NCBI GenBank assembly: GCA_902628925.1
Contig: CACOPA010000002.1
Span: forward strand, 6,690 to 70,689
DNA: 64,000 nt
Direction: 5' to 3'
DNA from: an uncultured SAR86 cluster bacterium
GTDB lineage: Bacteria; Pseudomonadota; Gammaproteobacteria; Magnimaribacterales; D2472
The first letter of the stretch is position 1. The number at the start of each line of letters is the position of its first letter. Both the position numbers and the translations under genes were made by a program. The notes beneath the pieces were generated by a model that was not told where the DNA came from, ran no database searches, and saw only the letters and a program-made list of their open reading frames with translations. Shown piece after piece: positions 51,482-61,524 of this stretch.

Positions 51482-52426
51482 ATGAGCATTGTTTCTATTC
51501 AGGACCTGCTTAATGCAGGCGTTCATTTCGGTCATCAATCTAGGTTTTGGAATCCAAAAATGGAAGGATTTATTTTTGATACTAGAAAAAAGATTAGCAT
51601 AATAAATCTAGAGATGACTCAAGAGCATCTCAGTGCTGCAGCATCTAAGGCAGAAGAAATATGCTCTAGGGGAAATAGAATTCTGTTTGTTGGTACAAAA
51701 AGATCGGCTGCAAAGACAATTAAAGAGGAAGCATCAGCATTAGGCTTGCCATACATAGATAAACGTTGGTTGGGTGGCACCCTAACAAATTGGAAAACGA
51801 TTAGGGGATCAGTAAGAAGACTGTTAGACATTGAAGAAATGATTACTTCTGGAAGAATCAATAAGCTTTCAAAAAAAGAAGCCCTGGACATAACTAAAGA
51901 ACATGAAAAACTTTCTGCCAGTGTGGGTGGGATAAAAGATATGAAAGGGCTTCCTGACGCTCTTTTTGTTGTAGATGTAAATTATGAAAAAATTGCAGTT
52001 ACAGAGGCTAAAAAGATGGGTATTCCGATTATTGCACTTGTAGATACTAACTCTAATCCTGAGGGTATTGACTACGTTATTCCAGGCAATGATGATGCGA
52101 TACGCTCAATTAAATTAATTACCAAAGTTATTGCTGATTCATGTGCAACTGGCCTGTCAAACTCTAAAGGAGGGGTTATTACCGGAGAAGAGGAAGATGT
52201 GCCTGTAGTAACTGTAAGAAAATCAAATACAACATCTGGAAAGGTTGCTAATTTAGTTTCATCTGCAGATGCTGAGGAGCCAACACCTATAGAAGATGAG
52301 CCAAAAGAAGAAATTATTGATGAATCAGTTGACTCTGATGAGGTCAAACAGGAGACTGAAACAACCGATAAGTCAGAGCCAAGTGAAAATCAAGAGGAAA
52401 GTGATCCAAAGGTAAAAGAAACATGA
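51482..52426 (+). CDS. rpsB: 30S ribosomal protein S2 with a ~75-85-aa acidic C-terminal extension
   Basis: LLNAGVHFGHQSRFWNPKM and DTNSNPEGIDYVIPGNDDAIRSI core. The tail is rich in E/D/S/T/P. 314 aa, versus 241 in E. coli. Confidence 0.97.
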   Translation: MSIVSIQDLLNAGVHFGHQSRFWNPKMEGFIFDTRKKISIINLEMTQEHLSAAASKAEEICSRGNRILFVGTKRSAAKTIKEEASALGLPYIDKRWLGGTLTNWKTIRGSVRRLLDIEEMITSGRINKLSKKEALDITKEHEKLSASVGGIKDMKGLPDALFVVDVNYEKIAVTEAKKMGIPIIALVDTNSNPEGIDYVIPGNDDAIRSIKLITKVIADSCATGLSNSKGGVITGEEEDVPVVTVRKSNTTSGKVANLVSSADAEEPTPIEDEPKEEIIDESVDSDEVKQETETTDKSEPSENQEESDPKVKET

Positions 52427-53271
52427 CAATTTCAGCAGCCCAAGTAAAGGAACTAAGAGACATATCGGGCGTTGGTATGATGGAGTGTAAAAAGGCACTA
52501 ACCGAGACTGATGGCGATGTTGAAAAAGCACTTGATCTTTTAAGGTCTAACAGTGCTTTAAAAGCTGAAAAAAAGTCATCGAGAACTGCTGCAGATGGGC
52601 TGATTGTTATAGCTCAAACATCTGAGTACTCTGCATTGGCTGAAATAAATTCTGAAACTGATTTCGCTGCAAAAGATTCAAAATTTTTAGAATTTTGCAA
52701 TGAAGTTAAGAATCACCTCGAAGAAAATAGGGTTGAGTCAGTAGAAGCTCTCAATAATGATTTCAATGAAAAAAGAGAGGCTTTAGTGCAAGCAATAGGA
52801 GAAAATATTCAGATTAGAAGGTTAGATTTGATCGAGAATGTTGGATCTGTGGGTACATACCTTCATTCCGACTCCAAGCTTGGAGCTTTAGTTTCTATTA
52901 ATGTAGATAATTTTGACTTAGCAAAAGACTTAGCAATGCATGCAGCTGCTTCTAACCCTTCTTGCATTACTCAGGATGATATAGATAAAGATATTTTGGA
53001 ACGAGAAAAAGCTATTTATAAAAAGCAAGCTGAAGAATCAGGTAAAGATGAGAAAATCATGGAAAAGATGGTTGAAGGTAAAGTCAGAAGATTTCTTGAG
53101 GAGGTATCCTTTGTATCCCAACCATTTGTGAAAAATCCTGATCAAAAAATTCAAGAACTCCTTGATGAGAGTGGAGCAGCAATAGTAATGATGTCAAGAT
53201 TCAAAGTGGGTGATGGAATAGAGGTCGAAAAGAAAGATTTTGCATCAGAGGTGGCAGAACAACTTAAGTAA
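52423..53271 (+). CDS. tsf: elongation factor Ts
   Basis: VKELRDISGVGMMECKKALTETDGDVEKA UBA-like N-terminus. ATGA overlap with rpsB. Confidence 0.98.
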   Translation: MTISAAQVKELRDISGVGMMECKKALTETDGDVEKALDLLRSNSALKAEKKSSRTAADGLIVIAQTSEYSALAEINSETDFAAKDSKFLEFCNEVKNHLEENRVESVEALNNDFNEKREALVQAIGENIQIRRLDLIENVGSVGTYLHSDSKLGALVSINVDNFDLAKDLAMHAAASNPSCITQDDIDKDILEREKAIYKKQAEESGKDEKIMEKMVEGKVRRFLEEVSFVSQPFVKNPDQKIQELLDESGAAIVMMSRFKVGDGIEVEKKDFASEVAEQLK

Positions 53272-53988
53272 ATGACTAAGCTTCAATACAAAAGATTACT
53301 TGTGAAGTTCAGTGGTGAAGCTGTTGCCGGAGATGATGTTCATGGCATTGATCCAAAAATTCTTGATCATATGGCAAATTCTGTAAAGGGTGTTCAGGAG
53401 CTTGGCGCAGAAATCGGTATTGTCATTGGTGGGGGTAACCTTTTCAGGGGTGAAAAGCTCAGTAAAGCTGGAATGGACAGAGTGGCAGGTGATCATATGG
53501 GCATGCTTGCTACAGTAATGAATGGAATTGCTCTAAGAGATGCTTTGGAGAGAGCTGGAGTAAAAACAAGAGTTATGTCGGCTATTTCCATGTCGGGTTT
53601 GGTTGAGCACTATGACAGGAGACTTGCAATTCAGCTTCTTAGTGATGGATATGTTGTTATTTTTACTGCAGGAACAGGAAACCCATTCTTTACCACTGAT
53701 ACCGCAGGATGTCTTCGTGCAATTGAAACTCAATCCAACTTGATGTTAAAGGCAACAAGAGTAGACGGAGTTTATTCTGCTGATCCAGAAACCAATAAAG
53801 ATGCAGTTTTTTATGACTCATTATCGTTCGATGAAGCTATTCAACAAAATCTTAAGATTATGGACGCAACTGCGCTAACTCTTGCTAGAGACCACTCATT
53901 ACCAATAAAAGTTTTTGACTTTAACAAAGAAAATGCCTTGCTTGACATTGCTTGCGGTAAATCAATTGGGACATTAATATCATCATGA
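53272..53988 (+). CDS. pyrH: UMP kinase
   Basis: YKRLLVKFSGEA, GIVIGGGNLFRG and GTGNPFFTTDTA motifs. Confidence 0.98.
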   Translation: MTKLQYKRLLVKFSGEAVAGDDVHGIDPKILDHMANSVKGVQELGAEIGIVIGGGNLFRGEKLSKAGMDRVAGDHMGMLATVMNGIALRDALERAGVKTRVMSAISMSGLVEHYDRRLAIQLLSDGYVVIFTAGTGNPFFTTDTAGCLRAIETQSNLMLKATRVDGVYSADPETNKDAVFYDSLSFDEAIQQNLKIMDATALTLARDHSLPIKVFDFNKENALLDIACGKSIGTLISS

Positions 53989-54542
53989 TGGACAGCATCC
54001 TCTCAGACATTAAAACTAAAATGCAAAGATCGCTTGAAGCACTTGCATATGAATTTAATAAAATTAGAACAGGAAGAGCTAATCCAAGTATTCTCGACAG
54101 TATAAAAGTAGATTATTACGGCAATCCAACACCTATTAACCAAACCGCTAATATCTCAGTAGAAGAGGGAAGAACACTTTCCATATCCCCATGGGATAAA
54201 AGCATGATTGGTGAAATAGAAAAAGCAATTCTTAAATCGGATTTAGGCTTAAATCCAAATACATCAGGCGATTTAATAAGAATTACAATGCCAGCACTCA
54301 CTGAGGAAACACGACAGGACTACATCAAGCAAGCACGCAATGAAGCAGAAAACTCTCGAATCTCAATTCGCAATATAAGAAGAGATGCAAATAATTCAGC
54401 AAAAGATCTTCAAAAAGAAAATGAAATTTCTGAAGACGAACTTAAACGTATTGAAGCTGAGGTTCAAAAAACGACCGACCATTTTATAGGGTTGGTTGAA
54501 GAAGAATTAAAGAATAAAGAGGCTGATCTAGCCGAGATCTAA
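53985..54542 (+). CDS. frr: ribosome recycling factor
   Basis: IRTGRANPSILD, LGLNPNTSGDLIRI and IRNIRRDAN motifs. Confidence 0.98.
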   Translation: MMDSILSDIKTKMQRSLEALAYEFNKIRTGRANPSILDSIKVDYYGNPTPINQTANISVEEGRTLSISPWDKSMIGEIEKAILKSDLGLNPNTSGDLIRITMPALTEETRQDYIKQARNEAENSRISIRNIRRDANNSAKDLQKENEISEDELKRIEAEVQKTTDHFIGLVEEELKNKEADLAEI

Positions 54543-54547
54543 TTACT

Positions 54548-55264
54548 ATGGCATCTGCCAACCCAGCAAATAATCCAAAAAATGTTGGGATTATTATGGA
54601 TGGAAATGGCCGCTGGGCTAAACAAAATTCATTGATTACAAATCGTGGACATGAAAAAGGTGTTGCAGTTGTCAAAGAGGTAGTTAAAGAGGCAGTTCGT
54701 CAAAAACTTCAATCTTTAACCTTGTATGCTTTTAGTACAGAGAATTGGTCTAGGCCAAAAAAGGAAATTTCTGGTATTAAACGCTTAATAATTGAGGCAA
54801 TTCATGAACAAGTTCCTGAGTTAGCTGAACAAAAAGTTAAACTTAATTTTTTTGGTGATATAGAAAATTTTGGGAAAAAAGTTTATGCAAGCATCCTTAA
54901 GGCTGAAAACGATACTTCTTTTACAAAACCAGCTCTCAATTTAAACATTGCATTAGGGTATGGGGGTAGGTCGGACATAATTAATGGGATTAGGACAATT
55001 GTGGATGAGGCAAAAAAGACCAAGAAAGACTTACAAATTGATGAAACTAGTTTTTTTAATTACCTGAGCGCACCAATTAATGATCTTGATGTTTTAATAC
55101 GAACCGGCGGCGATCATAGAATTAGTAATTTTCTTTTGTATCACATTGCATACACTGAACTAATTTTTGTTGATAAGCTTTGGCCAGATTTCAGTTCAAA
55201 TGATTTTCAGGATTGTTTGAATTCTTTTAAAAAAAGGAAAAGACGTTTTGGAAAAAGAGTTTAG
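54548..55264 (+). CDS. uppS: ditrans,polycis-undecaprenyl-diphosphate synthase
   Basis: GIIMDGNGRWA, LTLYAFSTENWSRP and IRTGGDHRISNFLLY motifs. Confidence 0.97.
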   Translation: MASANPANNPKNVGIIMDGNGRWAKQNSLITNRGHEKGVAVVKEVVKEAVRQKLQSLTLYAFSTENWSRPKKEISGIKRLIIEAIHEQVPELAEQKVKLNFFGDIENFGKKVYASILKAENDTSFTKPALNLNIALGYGGRSDIINGIRTIVDEAKKTKKDLQIDETSFFNYLSAPINDLDVLIRTGGDHRISNFLLYHIAYTELIFVDKLWPDFSSNDFQDCLNSFKKRKRRFGKRV

Positions 55265-56048
55265 TAAGAATCTAATATCAAGGGTTCCTATAGCCCTTTT
55301 GATGGCAGCTGTAATTATTTTAGCCCTAGCTTATGGAAACTCTCTTCTTATAAAAATATTTATTCTAGCTATTACTATTCTTGCAGCTCTTGAACTGCTG
55401 AATTTTATTGGGCGAAGTGTATTTAATATTCTATTTTTAGCATCAGCGTTGATTGGTATCCTATTCCTCCAAGAAAACATAAAGGTATTATTGGCAATAT
55501 TTGGCTTCTATTTATGGACTGGAATCATGATCCTTATGGCATTTAGACAGCTACCTAAATTAAAAATATTTATGCCTTACATGATGATAATTTTCTTATC
55601 CATATTTTTGTCCTCTGGAATATTAATCATTTCAAGTCAATCACTTCCAATCAATGGAAATCTTCTTTTGTTTGTAGTTATCTTAAATACTGCACTTATT
55701 GATATAGGGGCGTATTTATTTGGAAACTTATTTGGTAAAAATAAGATTTTTCCTTTAATAAGTCCAAACAAGACCGCAGAGGGACTTATTGGCGGCTCAT
55801 TACTTTCAATAATTTTTATCTCCTCAATGTTTGTACTTAACTTTATTCCTCATTTAGTTTTTCTTGCTATTTTGGCTAGCATTCCTCTTACGTTTGTTGG
55901 CGATTTATTTGAAAGCTATTTGAAAAGAGTTTCAGATGTGAAAGATTCAAGCTCATTATTGCTTAGCCATGGTGGCTTCTTAGATAGAATTGATTCACAC
56001 CTTCCTGCATTCACAACTGTGGCAGGCATTTTGTTTTTGTCGTTATGA
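55248..56048 (+). CDS. cdsA: phosphatidate cytidylyltransferase
   Basis: C-terminal KRVSDVKDSSSLLLSHGGFLDRIDS signature, multiple TM segments. TTG start with a 17-nt overlap of uppS (start uncertain). Confidence 0.9.
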   Translation: MEKEFSKNLISRVPIALLMAAVIILALAYGNSLLIKIFILAITILAALELLNFIGRSVFNILFLASALIGILFLQENIKVLLAIFGFYLWTGIMILMAFRQLPKLKIFMPYMMIIFLSIFLSSGILIISSQSLPINGNLLLFVVILNTALIDIGAYLFGNLFGKNKIFPLISPNKTAEGLIGGSLLSIIFISSMFVLNFIPHLVFLAILASIPLTFVGDLFESYLKRVSDVKDSSSLLLSHGGFLDRIDSHLPAFTTVAGILFLSL

Positions 56049-57178
56049 GAGGTGTATTTATTTTAGGTGGAACAGGAAGTATTGGCTCCAGCGCCTTGAG
56101 TGTTATTCGACAAAATACCGATAGCCTAAAATTAATAGGCTTTTCATACAACAATAATCGTGAAAAGGCTAAGGAAATTATTAGTGAATTTAAGCCCAAA
56201 TATGTGTTTTCGAATCAGCTAACTGATCTTGATGTACCCAATCAAATAACTGACGAAGATGATTTGTTGGAAGTTTTTTGTTTAGAATCTGTAGAATTTA
56301 TTATTTGTGGTGTTTCGGGCTTTGAAGGTTTGAAATCTACAATGCTAGCCTCAAAGTCCGGAAAAAAGATCTTATTAGCAAACAAAGAAAGCATTGTTAC
56401 TGCTGGCAGTATTTTTTTAGAAAGTTGCAAAAAGTACGATAGTCAGATATTTCCAATAGACAGCGAGCATAATGCAGTTTTGCAATGTCTAGATTCTAAG
56501 AGCAGCAACTCTGAAATAAGCAAAGTGACGCTTACTGCTTCTGGTGGTCCATTTTATGGCATGGGTATGGATCAGCTCAAAGAAATTACACCAGAACAAG
56601 CAGCCAATCATCCTAATTGGAAAATGGGAACAAAAATTTCTATTGACTCTGCAACTCTAATGAATAAATGTCTTGAAGTAATCGAAGCTGCAATCCTTTT
56701 TAATATTGAGAGCGATAAAATTAATGCTGTCATCCATCCTCAAAGTATTTTGCATGCTATGGTTACTTATGTTGATGGATCCTCAATTGCGCATCTTAGC
56801 AATCCATCCATGGAGGTACCTATCGCAAACATGCTCAGGGGTGATAACAGAATAAGTATAAATTTTGAGGAGCTATTAACTTCTGAGAGACTATTAGAAT
56901 TCTTTCCTATACCTCATGAAAAAGAATCCTTATTTGAAATTGCAAGAGATGTAATCGAGCATCAAGGAAATAGAGGTGCAATTTTTAACGCAATAAATGA
57001 GGTAGCAGTTCAGCAATTTCGTGATTCTAAAATAAGTTTCCTTGAAATTGATAAGGTTATAAAGGGAACTTATAGTGTTATGTCAATGTCAAAGCTGGAC
57101 TCGATTGAGGAAGTTTATTTTTATGACCAAGAAGCACGCATAAAGTCATTGGAAATGATAAAATCTATATCCCATTAA
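56045..57178 (+). CDS. dxr: 1-deoxy-D-xylulose-5-phosphate reductoisomerase
   Basis: ILGGTGSIGSS, LANKESIV, PIDSEHNA and HPNWKMG motifs. ATGA overlap with cdsA. Confidence 0.97.
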   Translation: MRGVFILGGTGSIGSSALSVIRQNTDSLKLIGFSYNNNREKAKEIISEFKPKYVFSNQLTDLDVPNQITDEDDLLEVFCLESVEFIICGVSGFEGLKSTMLASKSGKKILLANKESIVTAGSIFLESCKKYDSQIFPIDSEHNAVLQCLDSKSSNSEISKVTLTASGGPFYGMGMDQLKEITPEQAANHPNWKMGTKISIDSATLMNKCLEVIEAAILFNIESDKINAVIHPQSILHAMVTYVDGSSIAHLSNPSMEVPIANMLRGDNRISINFEELLTSERLLEFFPIPHEKESLFEIARDVIEHQGNRGAIFNAINEVAVQQFRDSKISFLEIDKVIKGTYSVMSMSKLDSIEEVYFYDQEARIKSLEMIKSISH

Positions 57179-57185
57179 TTAGCCT

Positions 57186-58520
57186 ATGATTTATTTTTTC
57201 TCAGCCATAGTATTACTCGGTGTACTGATTACAATTCATGAATTCGGTCATTTTATTGTTGCAAGATATTTTGGTGTTTATGTTCAACGATTTTCCATAG
57301 GTATGGGACCTGTTTTTTACAAGAAACATGATAAACAGGGAACCGAATTTGCACTTTCCGCATTACCTCTAGGAGGTTATGTGGCTATGTTATCGGACAG
57401 AGCAATTGCAGAAGACGAATCTATCTTAGATGGATTAAGTAAAGAACAACTTGCAAATACTTTTGAATCTAAGCCTAAATGGCAACGAGCACTTATTATG
57501 CTTGCAGGGCCTGTAGCAAATTTTATTTTGGCAATCCTAGTTTTTGCAATCATTTATTCAAATTCTGTTGAAAGACAGTTTGATGCAACCGTTGTCTTGA
57601 ATGAAACCTCCAAAATAGAGAATCAATATGCTTTTGAAGATGGAGACGTTCTTGAGTTCATAGAGGGCAAAAAAATTAATAACCTTCAGGATTTACGGCT
57701 GGAGTTATTATCCCATTCTGGCAAATCTGGCTTTATTAATCTTGGCTTTAGAGATACTGTCGGAAATAGGTTTGAAGAAGCAATTGAAGTCAATAACTTT
57801 TTAAGCGATGAGAGTGATCAGATTAACCCTGAAAAGGCCCTTGGTTTCACAATTGATCTTAAATTAAGACCATATATTGGCCAAATAGCTGATGGCTTGC
57901 CTGTTGCTTCAAGCGGTCTTAAAGTTAACGACCTTATTTTAAGCGTGGAGTCTCAGCCCATCAAATACTTCGATGATATTCGAGAGGCTATAGCATCATC
58001 AAGATCAGTGATCCAGATTGAGGTTTTAAGAGACTCGCAAAGATTGTATTTTGATGTTGAACTCTCAAAGAGAGAGGTTGAAGGAGTGGAGCAAAACTAT
58101 ATTGGTATTGTGCCCGGAACTAGATTGAATATCCTTGAATCTATTGTTAAAGGAGCAAAAGAGACCTTCAATATGAGCTATAAAACAATTACTTTTATCG
58201 GCAAAATGTTGACTGGTAACCTTGGAACTCAAAACCTTAGTGGGCCCATAGGAATAGTTCAAATGGCAGGGGACACAGCAAAAGCAGGTATTATCCCATT
58301 TCTTTACTTAATGGCTCTCTTGAGTATTTCTTTGGGAGTACTAAATTTGTTACCAATTCCAGTACTAGATGGAGGACAACTCGTATTGCTGGGTGTTGAA
58401 GCAATAAATAGAGGACCAATTCCTGAAAAAGTTGAAAATGTCATTTACTCCGGCGGATGGGCGCTGGTTATGCTGCTGATGTTTTTTGCAATATTCAACG
58501 ATATATCAAGATTTTTCTAG
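57186..58520 (+). CDS. rseP: RIP zinc metalloprotease RseP
   Basis: HEFGHF zinc site, PDZ-containing middle region, NLLPIPVLDGG C-terminal motif. Confidence 0.96.
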   Translation: MIYFFSAIVLLGVLITIHEFGHFIVARYFGVYVQRFSIGMGPVFYKKHDKQGTEFALSALPLGGYVAMLSDRAIAEDESILDGLSKEQLANTFESKPKWQRALIMLAGPVANFILAILVFAIIYSNSVERQFDATVVLNETSKIENQYAFEDGDVLEFIEGKKINNLQDLRLELLSHSGKSGFINLGFRDTVGNRFEEAIEVNNFLSDESDQINPEKALGFTIDLKLRPYIGQIADGLPVASSGLKVNDLILSVESQPIKYFDDIREAIASSRSVIQIEVLRDSQRLYFDVELSKREVEGVEQNYIGIVPGTRLNILESIVKGAKETFNMSYKTITFIGKMLTGNLGTQNLSGPIGIVQMAGDTAKAGIIPFLYLMALLSISLGVLNLLPIPVLDGGQLVLLGVEAINRGPIPEKVENVIYSGGWALVMLLMFFAIFNDISRFF

Positions 58521-58528
58521 GGGACATT

Positions 58529-60940
58529 TTGAAAAAGTTTTTACTAACGATATCTTTGATGTTCTCAGTATTGGTGAGCGCATTTGATGAATTTGTGATC
58601 TCAGATATTAGAGTTGTGGGATTACAAAGAGTATCAATTGGAAGTATCTTCACAATTATTCCAATTAGCGTTGGCGATAGAATGTCTGAGGAGAAGGTAA
58701 GAGATATAGTCTTAGCATTATTTGATACAGAACAATTTAATGACATCAAGATATCTCAAGATGGCACAGCTTTAATCATCGATATAGAGGAAAGACCATC
58801 AATTTCTTCCATTGAACTTGAGGGAAATTCAGCACTCAAATCTGAGGATCTACTTCGTGGTCTTGAGGGCGCAGGGATTGCTGAGGGACAAGTTTATAAG
58901 CGCTCAACACTAGAAGGCATGAAAAGTGAATTAGTGAGGCAATACGCATCTCAAGGAAGATATGGCGCCGGTGTTGAAGTTGAAACTTTTGATAAGCCAA
59001 GAAATACCATCGATTTAAGAATTATCATTGACGAGGGTAAGTCAGCTAAGATAAAGAGCATAAAGGTAATTGGAAATTCAATTTTTTCAGATGATGAGCT
59101 TTTGGATGCATTGGAACTGTCAGAGGGAAACTGGTTTTCATTTTTATCAAATAGTAATAAATATTCTAAAGAGACATTAGAAGGCGATATTGAAAACCTT
59201 GAATCTTTCTATTTAGATCGTGGTTATTTGAAATACTCATTAGAATCAATTCAAGTGAGCATTTCCCAAGATAGAAAGGATGTCTTTATAACTATGAGTA
59301 TTCTTGAGGGAGAAAAATATATTATTGACGAAGTGAATATTATCGGTGATCTGCCAATTGATGAAAACCTCTATCAACCTATCCTAGAAACTTTAAATGG
59401 TGAACTCTACTCACAAGCACAAATTACCCAAATCGAAGAGTATTTTAAAAACCTTCTTGGTAATGAGGGATACACTTTTGCTGAAGTAAGAGGTACTCCT
59501 GAGATACAAGATGATGATGAATTAGTCGACCTTTTGTTTATTGTTCAACCCGGAAACAGAACGTATGCAAGAAAAATTAATTTTAGCGGAAACTTTCTTA
59601 CAAATGACGAAGTCCTGAGAAGGGAAATGAGGCAATTTGAGGGTGCTTGGGCCTCAGATAATCTAATTGAGCAGTCAAAACTAAGGTTGGAAAGATTGGG
59701 ATATTTTAAGGAAGTAAACGTTGAAACAATACCAGTTCCTGGTACCGAGGATCAGGTTGATATTGAATTTACTGTTGAAGAGGAGAGCACCTCAAGCATT
59801 GGCGGATCGATTGGGTATAGTGACTTTGGTCTCAATCTTGGCTTAAATTTACAAGACCAAAACTTTTTGGGCTCTGGAAATAGAGTAAATATTGGTATCA
59901 ATAAAAGTGTTTATCAGGAGCTTTACAGTTTATCTTTCTTTGATCCGTATTTCACAATGGATGGTGTCAGTAGAGGTTATAGCGTTTACTTTAGAGAAAC
60001 TGACTACGGCGAGTTTAATGTTGCCAATTATCTTACAAATTCTTTCGGTGCGGGAATACAGTTCGGCTATCCAATTAATGAAATTCAAAGAATAGGGCTT
60101 AACTTAAATTACGATAAAACTGATATTAGTGCAGGAACATTACCAGCAAGAGAGATTTCTAATTTCTTGAACTCCGAAGGAGACATTTTTGAGACGCTAA
60201 AAGCACAAGCGGTCTGGTCACGAATTACCTTAAATAGAGGCTTATTTCCAACCAATGGATCATCTATAGATGTTTTATTTCAAACTACAGTGCCAGGAAG
60301 CGATATAGATTATTACAAAATTAATTTAAGAAATAAGTTCTACAGGCCATTAGGCTTTGCTGACTTAGTTTTTGGATTTGTTGGTGAATTGGGTTACATA
60401 GGGACTTATGGAGATACAGAGGTGACACCTTTCTTTGAAAATTTTTATTCAGGTGGACCAAGGTCACTTCGAGGATTCGAATCAAATACTTTAGGACCGC
60501 GAGTTACACCAGCTCCATGTTATGAGTACGATGAAATAAATGATGTATGTCCAGATATTATTGATACAGATAATGACGGCATACCAGACGCACCCGCACA
60601 AAATCCTTATGCTTTTTCTCAATATGATGATCCTATTGGCGGTAATTTTTTAATTGAAGGAAGTTTGCAGTTAATATTTAAATTGCCAATGGTTGATGAC
60701 ACAAGATCAATGAGATCAGCTTTCTTTATTGACTACGGTAACGTTTTTTCAACAGACTGTTTGGATTATCAGTTGAATTGTTCTGAGCCTTCCATTGACG
60801 AATTGCGATATTCAATTGGTGTAGGTGTCACATGGATGACCGGATTTGGTCCAATGAGTTTTAGCTTCTCACAACCCTTTAACGATGGTCCTTTTGATAG
60901 AACTGAAGAATTTCAGTTTAATATTGGAACATCATTATAG
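58529..60940 (+). CDS. bamA: outer membrane protein assembly factor BamA
   Basis: TTG 58529 gives the signal peptide (M)KKFLLTISLMFSVLVSA followed by VISDIRVVGLQRVS (POTRA1). The track start at 58457 overlaps rseP. C-terminal beta-barrel ends FNIGTSL. Confidence 0.95.
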   Translation: MKKFLLTISLMFSVLVSAFDEFVISDIRVVGLQRVSIGSIFTIIPISVGDRMSEEKVRDIVLALFDTEQFNDIKISQDGTALIIDIEERPSISSIELEGNSALKSEDLLRGLEGAGIAEGQVYKRSTLEGMKSELVRQYASQGRYGAGVEVETFDKPRNTIDLRIIIDEGKSAKIKSIKVIGNSIFSDDELLDALELSEGNWFSFLSNSNKYSKETLEGDIENLESFYLDRGYLKYSLESIQVSISQDRKDVFITMSILEGEKYIIDEVNIIGDLPIDENLYQPILETLNGELYSQAQITQIEEYFKNLLGNEGYTFAEVRGTPEIQDDDELVDLLFIVQPGNRTYARKINFSGNFLTNDEVLRREMRQFEGAWASDNLIEQSKLRLERLGYFKEVNVETIPVPGTEDQVDIEFTVEEESTSSIGGSIGYSDFGLNLGLNLQDQNFLGSGNRVNIGINKSVYQELYSLSFFDPYFTMDGVSRGYSVYFRETDYGEFNVANYLTNSFGAGIQFGYPINEIQRIGLNLNYDKTDISAGTLPAREISNFLNSEGDIFETLKAQAVWSRITLNRGLFPTNGSSIDVLFQTTVPGSDIDYYKINLRNKFYRPLGFADLVFGFVGELGYIGTYGDTEVTPFFENFYSGGPRSLRGFESNTLGPRVTPAPCYEYDEINDVCPDIIDTDNDGIPDAPAQNPYAFSQYDDPIGGNFLIEGSLQLIFKLPMVDDTRSMRSAFFIDYGNVFSTDCLDYQLNCSEPSIDELRYSIGVGVTWMTGFGPMSFSFSQPFNDGPFDRTEEFQFNIGTSL

Positions 60941-61003
60941 GTTTTAGATGTTTTTTTCTATAATTAATATAAAATATATCAACTTTTTTAGTAGAGGGTC
61001 GAC

Positions 61004-61519
61004 ATGAAAAAATACTTACTTGGATTATTACTCACGGGTTCTTTTGCTATACCAGCAGCTGCACTTGATGGCGTTGCAGTTATTGACTTAAGAACAGCAG
61101 TGTTAGCAACCCAGGCAGCGAAAGATGCATTTGAGACTCTCGAAGAAGAATCTGAATATTCTGGTAATTTAGAGCAAGCAAGAGTATTGCAAACTGATAG
61201 ACAATCACTCGCTGAAAAACTACAAAAAGAAGCAGAAACACTTTCTCAAGAAGAAATTACTGATATTCAGCGCTCAATTCAAGAGAAATCAAAGGACCTC
61301 GAATTTATTGTTGGCAAAATTCAAACTAAGCAAAATGAAACCGCTGACAAAGTCTTTAGAGATTTAAATCCCTCTGTACAAAAGATTCTTCAAGAATTAA
61401 TCGCTGCTAAACAAGTTAAAGTTTTACTTGGCAGAGAGAATGTTTTATTTGCAGATACATCACTTGATTTAACAGATGACGTTACATCAATGTTGGATGT
61501 TGCTGCTCAATCTGAATAA
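61004..61519 (+). CDS. skp: periplasmic chaperone Skp (OmpH)
   Basis: Signal peptide, Q/E/K-rich coiled region. Canonical position between bamA and lpxD. Confidence 0.88.
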   Translation: MKKYLLGLLLTGSFAIPAAALDGVAVIDLRTAVLATQAAKDAFETLEEESEYSGNLEQARVLQTDRQSLAEKLQKEAETLSQEEITDIQRSIQEKSKDLEFIVGKIQTKQNETADKVFRDLNPSVQKILQELIAAKQVKVLLGRENVLFADTSLDLTDDVTSMLDVAAQSE

Positions 61520-61524
61520 AACAT

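Noticed and set aside
58457-58528. 24-codon N-terminal extension of bamA overlapping rseP
   Set aside because: TTG 58529 yields a proper signal peptide and the POTRA1 start. The extension is the rseP 3' end in another frame.
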